Source of the DNA: an uncultured Eubacteriales bacterium
Lineage (GTDB): Bacteria; Acidobacteriota; Aminicenantia; Aminicenantales; Aminicenantaceae
Direction of reading: 5' to 3'
DNA: 64,000 nucleotides
Assembly (NCBI GenBank): GCA_964406575.1
Contig: CAYOSH010000001.1
Coordinates: 192,727-256,726 of the forward strand
How positions within the stretch are numbered: position 1 is the first letter of the stretch; every line of letters starts with the position of its first letter. Below the pieces are notes generated by a model. It did no database searches and was not told the DNA's origin. It saw nothing but the letters and a program-made list of their open reading frames with translations. This document shows positions 52,821-61,796 of the stretch, in pieces. The translations under genes and the position numbers were made by a program.

Positions 52821-55427
52821 GTGAGTTTTTCAAGATCACATCACGAACCGCCAAAGTTGGCCGAATGGCTCATGCGGCGGATCTTACCCGATGGCACGTG
52901 GGACACGCCTGTCGGAGATTTTGAGGAGTTTTACAATTCTCTGACGAAAGATCGGGGACTTCATTTTGCCAGAATGTGGTACTGGGGTCAGGTTCTCAAG
53001 CTGATCCCGGCAAAAATTTTGAATTCGATGTATTGGAGCGTCCAGATGTTTAAAAACTACCTGAAAGTGGCATTACGGAATATCACCCGACACAAAGGAT
53101 TTTCGTTCATCAACATCGCTGGCCTGGCGGTGGGAATGACCTGTTGTATCCTTATATTTTTATGGGTCCAGGACGAGAAGAGTTATGATCAGTTCCACAC
53201 AAAGAGAAAAAACCTCTACATCGTGGCCACTCATATTAAGTACGGTAGCGGTACTGCCACATCGAGTGGAACCCCTTCAGCCTTAGGGCCTGCGTTGAAA
53301 AATGAATATCCTGAGATCGTAAACTCTGTTCGCTTTTGCAATGGCCCCCATGCCCTTTATTTCACATATGAAGACAATAAGTTCAGGGAGGAAGTAGAGG
53401 CTGTGGACCCGTCGTTCCTCCAGATGTTTTCTTTTCCATTGATCTTAGGAGATGCTGAGACGGCCCTTGAAAATCCGCACTCGCTTGTTTTATCCGAACA
53501 GATGGCCCGGAAATATTTCGGGACGAACAATCCTGTCGGTCAAACCATCCGGGTGGACAACACATATGATTTTACAGTGACGGGTGTGCTTAAAAACGTG
53601 CCGCCCAACTCCATCTTTCAATTTGATTGTCTCGTACCTATTACTTTGTTGAAAGAACTATGGGACTCTCCTGAGCTCCTGGACAGGTGGTCAAATCTCT
53701 CCTTCACGACCTATCTCCAGCTTCAAGACACTGTATCCCCCGAGGTCTTCAGCAGCAAGATCACCGGTAGGATCAATAAGGATTATCCAGGGGATGATGT
53801 CAAACCCTTCCTCTGGCCATTCACGAAGATCTATCTGCATGGTTTGGGAACCGGTGGAGGCCGTATCCTCAGAGTGCGGATGCTGTCCATGGTGGCGCTG
53901 TTTGTGCTGGTTATTGCCTGTGTCAATTTCATGAACCTGACAACGGCCAGATCTGGGGTGCGGGCCAAAGAAATCGGGATGAGGAAGGTCACCGGGGCTT
54001 ACAAGATCGACATCATCAAACAGTTTTTCGGTGAATCGGTCCTGCTCGCTTTCCTCTCACTATGTCTCAGCGTTGTTTGCGTCCTCTTGCTTCTTCCGGT
54101 CTTTGGTGGTCTCACAGGGAAAACGCTGAGCTTGAATGTATGCGATAACCCCCTTCTGGTTTTGGGCCTTTTAGGGATTGCGGTTCTTACAGGACTTTTA
54201 GCCGGGAGTTACCCTGCCCTGATGATGTCATCCTTCCAGCCGGTAAAGATCATGAAGGAGTCAGCCGGAGCTGGGTCGAAAAAGTCGATTCTCAGAAAGA
54301 TTCTCGTTGTTTTCCAGTTTGTGATCACCATAACTCTCATCATCCGGACTTTAGTGGTCTATAAACAACTGGACTATATGCAGAATAAGGACCTGGGCTT
54401 CCATAGAGATCACCTTGTGTATGTCCCTCTGAACGGCCCCCTTAACGAGCACTATGATGCGGCGAAGCAGGAGCTGCTCAAAGTTCCGGGCATTTCCAAT
54501 GTTTCGTTGACTTCGCGCACTCCTCTTCTTTTTGGTTCCAGCGGGAGTAACTGGGAGTGGGAGGGAAAGAGTGAAGACACGAATCCCTCCATCCGGTATT
54601 TTTGTTGCGATTGTGATTTTATAAAAACATTCGAGGTAGAGATGGCTCATGGCCGGTTTTTCTCGGAAGAGCTTACCAAAGGAAACTCTCTCCAATCCGG
54701 GCAGATTGTGATCAACGAACAATTTGCAGAAATCATAGGAAAGGAAAATCCAGTGGGGATGCGGCTTTCACACAGCGGACAGCAGGCCACTATCATAGGT
54801 GTTGTCAAGGATTTCAACTACTGGCCCCTTTACTGGCGAAGCGGGCCCTTGATCATTTTCCACAAGAGTTACAATGATGAACCCCATCGTTATCGTTATA
54901 TATTTGCAAAGATCAGTCCTGAGAATCTTCCCCGGACAATTGCTGGAATCAAAGATGTCTATGAAAAGTTCAGTCCAGAATTTCCCTTCATATATCGGTT
55001 TCTCGATGAGGATTATGTCGGTCTATATGATGCTGAAGAACGAACAGGTTCTGTCGTAAAATATTTTTCTCTTCTCGCTATCCTGGTGTCTTGTCTTGGG
55101 CTTTTCGGGCTGGCGTCCTTTTTAGCGGAGCAGCGTACAAAGGAGATCGGCATTCGTAAAGTTCTTGGGTCATCGGTTCCGGGGATCGTCCTGATGCTTT
55201 CCAAAGAATTCGTCAGGTGGGTCGCACTGGCTAACATTATCGCCTGGCCCATCGCTTGGTTCATGTCTTTGTTATGGCTCCGGAACTTCGCCTACCGTAC
55301 ATCGATGCACATCTGGATGTTTGTGTTTGCGGGTGCGCTTGCCTTGGTTATCGCTGTTATCACCGTAAGCTTCCAATCCGTCAAAGCCGCTACCGCAAAT
55401 CCCGTCGACTGCCTCCGTTACGAATAG
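52821..55427 (+). CDS. MacB/FtsX-type permease (ADOP-like), paralogue 3
   Basis: It shares the paralogue motifs ('LAEQRTKEIGIRKVLGSS', prefix 'PPKLAEWLM...GDFEEFY'). I preferred the GTG at 52821 by alignment; the ORF-track TTG at 52806 would overlap padR. Confidence 0.85.
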   Translation: MSFSRSHHEPPKLAEWLMRRILPDGTWDTPVGDFEEFYNSLTKDRGLHFARMWYWGQVLKLIPAKILNSMYWSVQMFKNYLKVALRNITRHKGFSFINIAGLAVGMTCCILIFLWVQDEKSYDQFHTKRKNLYIVATHIKYGSGTATSSGTPSALGPALKNEYPEIVNSVRFCNGPHALYFTYEDNKFREEVEAVDPSFLQMFSFPLILGDAETALENPHSLVLSEQMARKYFGTNNPVGQTIRVDNTYDFTVTGVLKNVPPNSIFQFDCLVPITLLKELWDSPELLDRWSNLSFTTYLQLQDTVSPEVFSSKITGRINKDYPGDDVKPFLWPFTKIYLHGLGTGGGRILRVRMLSMVALFVLVIACVNFMNLTTARSGVRAKEIGMRKVTGAYKIDIIKQFFGESVLLAFLSLCLSVVCVLLLLPVFGGLTGKTLSLNVCDNPLLVLGLLGIAVLTGLLAGSYPALMMSSFQPVKIMKESAGAGSKKSILRKILVVFQFVITITLIIRTLVVYKQLDYMQNKDLGFHRDHLVYVPLNGPLNEHYDAAKQELLKVPGISNVSLTSRTPLLFGSSGSNWEWEGKSEDTNPSIRYFCCDCDFIKTFEVEMAHGRFFSEELTKGNSLQSGQIVINEQFAEIIGKENPVGMRLSHSGQQATIIGVVKDFNYWPLYWRSGPLIIFHKSYNDEPHRYRYIFAKISPENLPRTIAGIKDVYEKFSPEFPFIYRFLDEDYVGLYDAEERTGSVVKYFSLLAILVSCLGLFGLASFLAEQRTKEIGIRKVLGSSVPGIVLMLSKEFVRWVALANIIAWPIAWFMSLLWLRNFAYRTSMHIWMFVFAGALALVIAVITVSFQSVKAATANPVDCLRYE

Positions 55428-55432
55428 CGTAA

Positions 55433-55456
55433 AAGGGGACAGTCCCCTTATTTATT
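55433..55456 (+). terminator. Intrinsic terminator after permease 3
   Basis: AAGGGGA-CAG-TCCCCTT followed by a T-rich tail. It contains the same 15-mer as 12301-12315. Confidence 0.55.
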
Positions 55457-55563
55457 CTTTGAGATCTTTGGTTTAAGATGCCCGCTGCGTTTCTGGGGTT
55501 GTGGGGATGCAAAATCCAGCGCAGGTGCATTCGTGAAGAAAGTGATATAATTGCCATTGATCG

Positions 55564-56859
55564 ATGTGTACGCCAAAAGAGATAGCCTTCAAGTTTTTAT
55601 ACGACAACAGTCTTTGTGTCGACAAGATCGCCCCTGACGCTGTGCTCGATGATTTTCTATCAGAGATGGATTTGGGACTCGCCGGGAAGAAAAGTTCACT
55701 GGCCATGATACCCACTTTTATAAGGATCGATCAACCGGTCGTCGCTTTTAAGCCTGTTATCGCTCTCGATGCAGGAGGGACCAACCTCCGTGTGGCAAAA
55801 GTCGTGTTCGATCGGGATGGAAATCCCAAAATCAGCAACTTAACCCAACACAAGATGCCTGGCAGCGTAGAGAAATTGAGCAAAGATGAGTTTTTTGACA
55901 CGTTTGTAGAATTCCTACGGCCACTAGCAGATAAGGCTGATTCTGTGGGATTTTGCTTTTCCTATCCTGCAGAGATATCTCCGGGTCGTGATGGTAGGCT
56001 GCTTTCCTGGACGAAAGAGATCCAGGCGCCCGAAGTCGTGGGTGAGTTTATCGGCAAAAACATTTTCGACAGGTTGGAGCGAAAAGGGTACAAGCTGAAA
56101 TTTACGCTTCTCAACGATACGGTCGCGACACTGATGGCAGGAAAGAGCATCGACTCATCCCAAAGGTACGATACCTATGTCGGTTTTATCCTGGGAACAG
56201 GCACGAACACGGCTTATGTCGAGCACAATCGGAACATCACAAAGCGCCAAGATCTGGATCCTGAAAAATCTCAGCCCATTAACACCGAATCGGGTAACTT
56301 CAGCAAATGTCCTCGTAGCCCTATAGATGAAGAGTTTGACCGATTGACGAAGAACAGAGGTCAATATAAATTTGAGAAAATGATCTCTGGAGCGTATCTC
56401 GGAGGACTGTGTTTAACGTCCCTAAAAATAGCCGCAGAGCAAAAACTCTTTTCCCGGGAAGCGACACAATGGCTTGTATCCCAAAAGGCGCTCTCAACGG
56501 TGGATCTGGATGTTTTTTTGAGAGACCCGACTCAAGGAATCTTTGTCAATTCGAAGATGACCTCTGCCGGAGACAGAATGCTTGCCCTGCATCTGTGTTC
56601 GGCCATTGTGGAGCGGGCGGCATTCCTCGCAGCCATCAATATCGGTGCGGCCATAATCAAATCAAAAGGGGGGAGATCCCGGGAGCGTCCTGTCTGCGTG
56701 AACGTGGATGGCTCCACCTACACCAAGATCAAGGATTTTTCCCGCCTGGTCGAGGGATACTTGGGGAAGATCCTCGGTCCGAAACACGTGTTTTATGAGC
56801 TTATCCGCGTGGACGATTCTCCCCTTATCGGAGCGGCTGTGGCAGGGCTCATGGGTTGA
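55564..56859 (+). CDS. Hexokinase-family sugar kinase (eukaryote-type hexokinase fold)
   Basis: 'ALDAGGTNLRVAKV', 'LNDTVATL', 'ILGTGTNTAYVE' and 'DGSTY' are blocks characteristic of the hexokinase_1/2 domains. Confidence 0.85.
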   Translation: MCTPKEIAFKFLYDNSLCVDKIAPDAVLDDFLSEMDLGLAGKKSSLAMIPTFIRIDQPVVAFKPVIALDAGGTNLRVAKVVFDRDGNPKISNLTQHKMPGSVEKLSKDEFFDTFVEFLRPLADKADSVGFCFSYPAEISPGRDGRLLSWTKEIQAPEVVGEFIGKNIFDRLERKGYKLKFTLLNDTVATLMAGKSIDSSQRYDTYVGFILGTGTNTAYVEHNRNITKRQDLDPEKSQPINTESGNFSKCPRSPIDEEFDRLTKNRGQYKFEKMISGAYLGGLCLTSLKIAAEQKLFSREATQWLVSQKALSTVDLDVFLRDPTQGIFVNSKMTSAGDRMLALHLCSAIVERAAFLAAINIGAAIIKSKGGRSRERPVCVNVDGSTYTKIKDFSRLVEGYLGKILGPKHVFYELIRVDDSPLIGAAVAGLMG

Positions 56860-56910
56860 GGATTTGACTCCAGAAATGTCCTGTGGTAAAAGAAAAATTC
56901 AGCGGTTTTA

Positions 56911-56953
56911 CGAGGAAGAGAAACCTCTATCCTTTCCTCGGTTTTTCTTTTTT
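56911..56953 (+). terminator. Intrinsic terminator after the hexokinase gene
   Basis: CGAGGAA - 16 nt - TTCCTCG followed by GTTTTTCTTTTTT. Confidence 0.6.
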
Positions 56954-57022
56954 CAAAAGCAGCAGAAAGGGAAAAGAGGGAGAGCGTCTTTTCCCATGTA
57001 TGAATGAGAAGAGGAGTTTGCC

Positions 57023-57769
57023 ATGTTTAAGGTCGTTTTGCTCCGCCATGGAGAAAGCGTTTGGAACAAGGAAAACCTTTTTACGGGTTGGACAGATGTG
57101 GATCTGAATGAAAAAGGCATCCAGGAGGCTGTGGAGGCCGGTAAAGTTCTCAAAGAAGAGGGGTATATTTTTGATGTGGCCTACACCTCCGTGTTGAAAA
57201 GGGCCATCCGGTCCTTGTGGCTGGCCCTGGACGAGCTGGATTTGATGTGGATTCCGGTCTACAGGTCTTGGCGGTTGAATGAACGTCATTACGGGGCTTT
57301 GCAGGGATTGAACAAAGCGGAGACAGCGAAAAAATATGGCGAGGAAAAAGTGCTTCTCTGGAGGAGAAGCTATGACGTCCGTCCCCCGTTGCTGACAGAG
57401 GATGATGAGCGCTATCCTGGCAGGGATCCGCGCTATGCGATGCTGCCTAAGCACCTCTTAACGCTGGGAGAGTGCCTCAAAGACACGGTCGAGCGGTTCC
57501 TTCCTTACTGGGAAGATGTTGTCGCGCCGGCGATCCTCGAGGGAAAGCGCGTGATCGTATCCGCTCACGGAAACAGCCTCCGCGCTCTCGTCAAACACCT
57601 GGACGAACTCAGCAACGAGGAGGTCATTAGCCTGAATATCCCGACGGGGATTCCTCTGGTTTATGAACTCGACAAAGATCTCCAACCGATAAAGAGCTAT
57701 TACATCGGCGACCATGAGGCGGTGAAAAGGGCGATGGAGGCTGTGAAAAAACAAGGAAAGGCAAAGTAA
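57023..57769 (+). CDS. gpmA: 2,3-bisphosphoglycerate-dependent phosphoglycerate mutase
   Basis: '[18 protein letters not shown]' and '[14 protein letters not shown]'. GAGGAG RBS. Confidence 0.93.
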   Translation: MFKVVLLRHGESVWNKENLFTGWTDVDLNEKGIQEAVEAGKVLKEEGYIFDVAYTSVLKRAIRSLWLALDELDLMWIPVYRSWRLNERHYGALQGLNKAETAKKYGEEKVLLWRRSYDVRPPLLTEDDERYPGRDPRYAMLPKHLLTLGECLKDTVERFLPYWEDVVAPAILEGKRVIVSAHGNSLRALVKHLDELSNEEVISLNIPTGIPLVYELDKDLQPIKSYYIGDHEAVKRAMEAVKKQGKAK

Positions 57770-57886
57770 ATTCCTTCACTCATTTTGAACGAAGGGAGGG
57801 TTTGACGGTTGGCCGAGCCTCACGACGGTCAGTTTGGCCGGAAGGCCGTTAAAGGGGAGTATGAGAATTTTTCGAAGGAGATATCT

Positions 57887-58879
57887 ATGACTGGATCAAA
57901 ATCGAAGACTAGATCGTACAAAGATTTAGGAGTCGTCAACACGAGAGAGATGTTCAGAAAGGCCATGAAAGGGGGATATGCTGTTCCTGCCTATAATTTC
58001 AACAACATGGAGCAACTGCAGGCCATCGTTATCGGCTGCTTGGAATCCCGGTCCCCGGTCATTCTTCAGTGCTCGGAAGGTGCCATCAAGTACATCCATC
58101 CGGCCATGCTGCCGGATATGGTCCATGGGGCAATCGCCATGATTTTGAGTTTGGGTGGTCACATCCCTGTGGCGCTCCACCTCGACCACGGTGCAACCTT
58201 CAAGATCGCCAGATCCTGCATCGATTCCGGTTTTTCTTCTGTGATGATCGATGGGTCTCATTTTCCTTACGCAGAGAATGTCAGGCTGACAAGGCAGGTC
58301 GTGGATTATGCCCACACCAAGGATGTCACCGTTGAGGGGGAATTGGGCGTGCTTGCCGGGATAGAGGAAGATGTTTCTGCCGAAGCTTCCCACTATACCA
58401 AGCCCGAAGAAGTGGAGGATTTTGTGACGAAAACAGGGGTTGATAGCTTGGCCATTTCGATCGGCACTTCACATGGAGCGTATAAATTTAAGTTGAAGCC
58501 GGGCGAAACGGTTCCGCCGCTGAGGTTTGACATACTCGAAGAGATCGAAAAACGTCTTCCGGACTTTCCCATCGTACTCCATGGGGCATCCTCCGTCATT
58601 CCCGAGTATGTCGAGATGATCAACATGTTCGGCGGCAGGCTCGATGAAGCCGTGGGTATTCCCGAGGAGCAACTGCGGCAAGCGTCCCAGTCCTCTGTCT
58701 GTAAGATCAACATCGACAGCGACGGCAGGCTGGCCATGACTGGGACGATACGACGTGTGTTCGCAGAAAAACCGAAAGAGTTTGACCCCCGGAAGTACCT
58801 GGGCCCTGCCCGTGAAGCGTTGATCGCCATGATCAAATACAAGAACGAGCACGTCTTGGGGAGTGCGGACAAGGGATAG
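57887..58879 (+). CDS. fba: Class II fructose-bisphosphate aldolase
   Basis: AAGGAG RBS before the ATG at 57887. 'YAVPAYNFNNMEQ', 'HLDHG', 'MIDGS', 'GTSHGAYKF' and 'LVLHGASS'. Confidence 0.9.
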   Translation: MTGSKSKTRSYKDLGVVNTREMFRKAMKGGYAVPAYNFNNMEQLQAIVIGCLESRSPVILQCSEGAIKYIHPAMLPDMVHGAIAMILSLGGHIPVALHLDHGATFKIARSCIDSGFSSVMIDGSHFPYAENVRLTRQVVDYAHTKDVTVEGELGVLAGIEEDVSAEASHYTKPEEVEDFVTKTGVDSLAISIGTSHGAYKFKLKPGETVPPLRFDILEEIEKRLPDFPIVLHGASSVIPEYVEMINMFGGRLDEAVGIPEEQLRQASQSSVCKINIDSDGRLAMTGTIRRVFAEKPKEFDPRKYLGPAREALIAMIKYKNEHVLGSADKG

Positions 58880-58948
58880 GCAGAGTTATCCTGGGAAAGG
58901 GATTTTTCATGGAGCTGGCTATCGCAGATTCGGGTCAAGGAGGAGAGA

Positions 58949-60238
58949 ATGGACAGAGATAACCTTGATTTATCCATAATGACTTTAGGGGAATGCCGCA
59001 TCCCTTCTCCCATGACAGGGGTTCCTTATGTGGACGATGGAGAGCACGTGCTCTATCATTCGAACTACAGAAAGATCAAGCCTTTCTTTGAAGCTTGCAA
59101 GGAGCCTCCATGCTTCGAGATGGCAGGGCCTCGAGAGAAGATTTTTTTCGACCCCTCTAAGCTCAAGTGCGGGATCGTCACCTGCGGAGGCCTCTGCCCT
59201 GGTCAGAACGACGTCATTCGCGCGATTGTCATGAGCCTGTTCTATCACTACGGCGTGAAAACTATCTTCGGCTATCGTTATGGGTTTGAAGGACTGGCCT
59301 ACAAGTACGGCCACACTCCCTTGGAATTGGATCCCGATGTGGTCGATGAGATCCACAAGTACGGCGGAACGATCCTCGGCTCTTCACGCGGGCCGCAAGA
59401 TATTGCTGAGATGGTCGACACCCTTGAGCGAATGAATGTGGGCCTTCTGTTTACGATCGGAGGAGATGGAACCTTGAGAGGAACTCAGGCCATTGTCGAA
59501 GAGATCCTTCGGCGGAGGGTGAAGATCGGTGTTGTGGCAATACCAAAAACCATAGACAACGATATCTCCTATGTGGAAAAATCTTTCGGTTTCGAGACGG
59601 CTGTTTCCGAGTCGAGAACGGCCATATACGGTGCGCACACAGAGGCTCTTGGGGCGAGGAACGGAGTGGGATTGGTGAAGCTCATGGGCCGATGCTCAGG
59701 TTTTATCGCCGCCTACGCATCTCTGGCACATAACGATGTCAACTTCTGTTTGGTGCCTGAGGTGCCTTTTTCCCTCGAGCGTTTCCTCGAGGCACTGCAG
59801 GAGAGACTGAAAGCCCGAGGACATGCGGTTATTGTGGTGGGAGAGGGAGCGGGTCAGAACCTGATGAAAAGGTCACAGGATCGAGATGCATCGGGCAACC
59901 TTAAACTGGGAGACATTGGAGTTTTCCTCAGGGATCAGATCGAGAGCTATTTCAAAAAAATAGGCACAGACGTCAATTTAAAATACATCGACCCGAGCTA
60001 TCTCATCCGCAGCGTGCCGGCCAACGCGAGTGATTCCGCGTTCGGGCTTGTTCTGGGGCACAATGCGGTGCATGCCGCGATGACGGGCAGGACGAACATG
60101 CTTGTGGGTTACTGGAACCACCAGTTCACACATGTGCCGATCCCGTTGGCCGTATCCGAACGGAAACAGATCAATCCCCATGGGAGGCTGTGGAGCAATG
60201 TCCTTTCGTGCACGGGTCAGCCCAAAGACTTGCGGTAG
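58949..60238 (+). CDS. pfk: 6-phosphofructokinase (long form; the GGDG motif suggests ATP dependence)
   Basis: AGGAGG RBS. 'TCGGLCPGQNDVIRAIV', 'TIGGDGTLRG', 'IPKTIDNDI' and 'MGRCSG'. Confidence 0.9.
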   Translation: MDRDNLDLSIMTLGECRIPSPMTGVPYVDDGEHVLYHSNYRKIKPFFEACKEPPCFEMAGPREKIFFDPSKLKCGIVTCGGLCPGQNDVIRAIVMSLFYHYGVKTIFGYRYGFEGLAYKYGHTPLELDPDVVDEIHKYGGTILGSSRGPQDIAEMVDTLERMNVGLLFTIGGDGTLRGTQAIVEEILRRRVKIGVVAIPKTIDNDISYVEKSFGFETAVSESRTAIYGAHTEALGARNGVGLVKLMGRCSGFIAAYASLAHNDVNFCLVPEVPFSLERFLEALQERLKARGHAVIVVGEGAGQNLMKRSQDRDASGNLKLGDIGVFLRDQIESYFKKIGTDVNLKYIDPSYLIRSVPANASDSAFGLVLGHNAVHAAMTGRTNMLVGYWNHQFTHVPIPLAVSERKQINPHGRLWSNVLSCTGQPKDLR

Positions 60239-60314
60239 AATCCAGGCGAGATCGAGCCGGGCGAAATTTGCGAAGAAATGATATGGCGGAAATAAACCAT
60301 TCGGGGTGTAACGA

Positions 60315-61649
60315 ATGAAAAATGTCGATCAATTGCGACAGGATGCTGAAACCATTTTTCACGCTGGGCTTAGCGCTGTTGACTCAGCAACTGCTGTGAC
60401 AAAATGCCTTCACCTCAAAGACAATGGATTGGTGGTCGACAGCCACGCCTATGACCTCGCGGCGTATAAAAATGTCTATGTGGTGGGGGCGGGAAAGGCC
60501 TCGGCGGCGATGGCGAGCGCAGTTGAAGAAATCCTCGGTGATCGTATAAAAGGCGGACTGGTAAACGTCAAGTATGGACACGTCAAGCCGTTGCGCGTGA
60601 TCCGCCTGAACGAGGCGGGCCATCCTATCCCTGACGAGGCGGGCTTGCGCGGAACTCGAGAGATCGTCCATATTCTCGAGCATTCCGGCGAGCAGGACTT
60701 GATTCTGTGCTTAATCTCTGGTGGGGGATCAGCGCTTCTACCCTACCCCGCTAAAGGGATTTCACTCGATGAGAAGAGACGATTAACCCAGGTTCTTTTA
60801 GAGTGTGGGGCCACGATCCAAGAGGTGAACGCTCTGCGGAAGCATGTCTCTCATGTCAAAGGGGGAAGGCTGGCTCGATTGGCCTATCCTTCGACGCTGA
60901 TCACATTGATGCTGTCTGATGTGATCGGAGATGATCTGGACAGCATCGCCTCAGGCCCCACAGTTCCAGATGGCAGCACATTTGAGGATTGTCTGCAGAT
61001 CCTGGGAAAGTATTCGATTCGGGGCAAAGTTCCAGAGGCCGTCCTCTCTCATCTTCAGAGCGGCGCCAAAGGAGCTATCGAAGAAACGCCGAAGGCCGGA
61101 AATCCTGTGTTCTCCAGGACACAGAATGTGATCGTTGCCAGCAATTCGCTTGCTCTATTAGCAGCTCAGCACAAGGCCAATGAGCTAGGATATAACAGTA
61201 TGGTCTTGTCCTCTTCCATTCAAGGGGAGACCAAAGATGTCGCCCTCGTTCACGCAGCCATTGCCAGGGAAATATCAGAAGCCGATCAGCCGGTCCGGAA
61301 ACCGGCATGTGTGATATCCGGCGGAGAGACCACAGTCACCATGAAAGGACAGGGATTGGGGGGCCGTAACCAGGAATTCGCTCTTGCTGCGGCGATCGCT
61401 ATCGACGGTGTGAGGGATGTTGTTGTGCTGAGTGGCGGAACGGATGGGACGGATGGTCCGACGGATGCGGCAGGCGCGCTCGCCGATGGCACCACTGTAA
61501 CTCGTGCAAAGTCCCTCGGGCTGGATCCTGTAGATTTCCTTCGCCGCAATGATTCTTACCATTTCTTCCACCCACTGGGCGACCTGCTCATGACCGGCCC
61601 AACATTCACCAATGTCATGGATTTGAGGCTCCTCATCGTTGGCGATTGA
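60315..61649 (+). CDS. Glycerate kinase, DUF4147 + MOFRL type (glycerate 2-kinase / TtuD-like)
   Basis: 'VVGAGKASAAMA', 'LISGGGSALL', 'SGGETTVTMKGQGLGGRNQEFALAAA' and 'GGTDGTDGPTDAAGA'. Confidence 0.85.
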   Translation: MKNVDQLRQDAETIFHAGLSAVDSATAVTKCLHLKDNGLVVDSHAYDLAAYKNVYVVGAGKASAAMASAVEEILGDRIKGGLVNVKYGHVKPLRVIRLNEAGHPIPDEAGLRGTREIVHILEHSGEQDLILCLISGGGSALLPYPAKGISLDEKRRLTQVLLECGATIQEVNALRKHVSHVKGGRLARLAYPSTLITLMLSDVIGDDLDSIASGPTVPDGSTFEDCLQILGKYSIRGKVPEAVLSHLQSGAKGAIEETPKAGNPVFSRTQNVIVASNSLALLAAQHKANELGYNSMVLSSSIQGETKDVALVHAAIAREISEADQPVRKPACVISGGETTVTMKGQGLGGRNQEFALAAAIAIDGVRDVVVLSGGTDGTDGPTDAAGALADGTTVTRAKSLGLDPVDFLRRNDSYHFFHPLGDLLMTGPTFTNVMDLRLLIVGD

Positions 61650-61796
61650 GTCTGTAAATCTTATTGACAGTTTAGAAAAAGCTCCTGCGTAGATTCATTC
61701 CAATAATAAAACCTGATAGTATCATTTGAGTTATTGCGATGAATCCCCGGGCATACGCATATCTCAGCTCAATTCAGTATTCCCTCTCTTAGAGTA

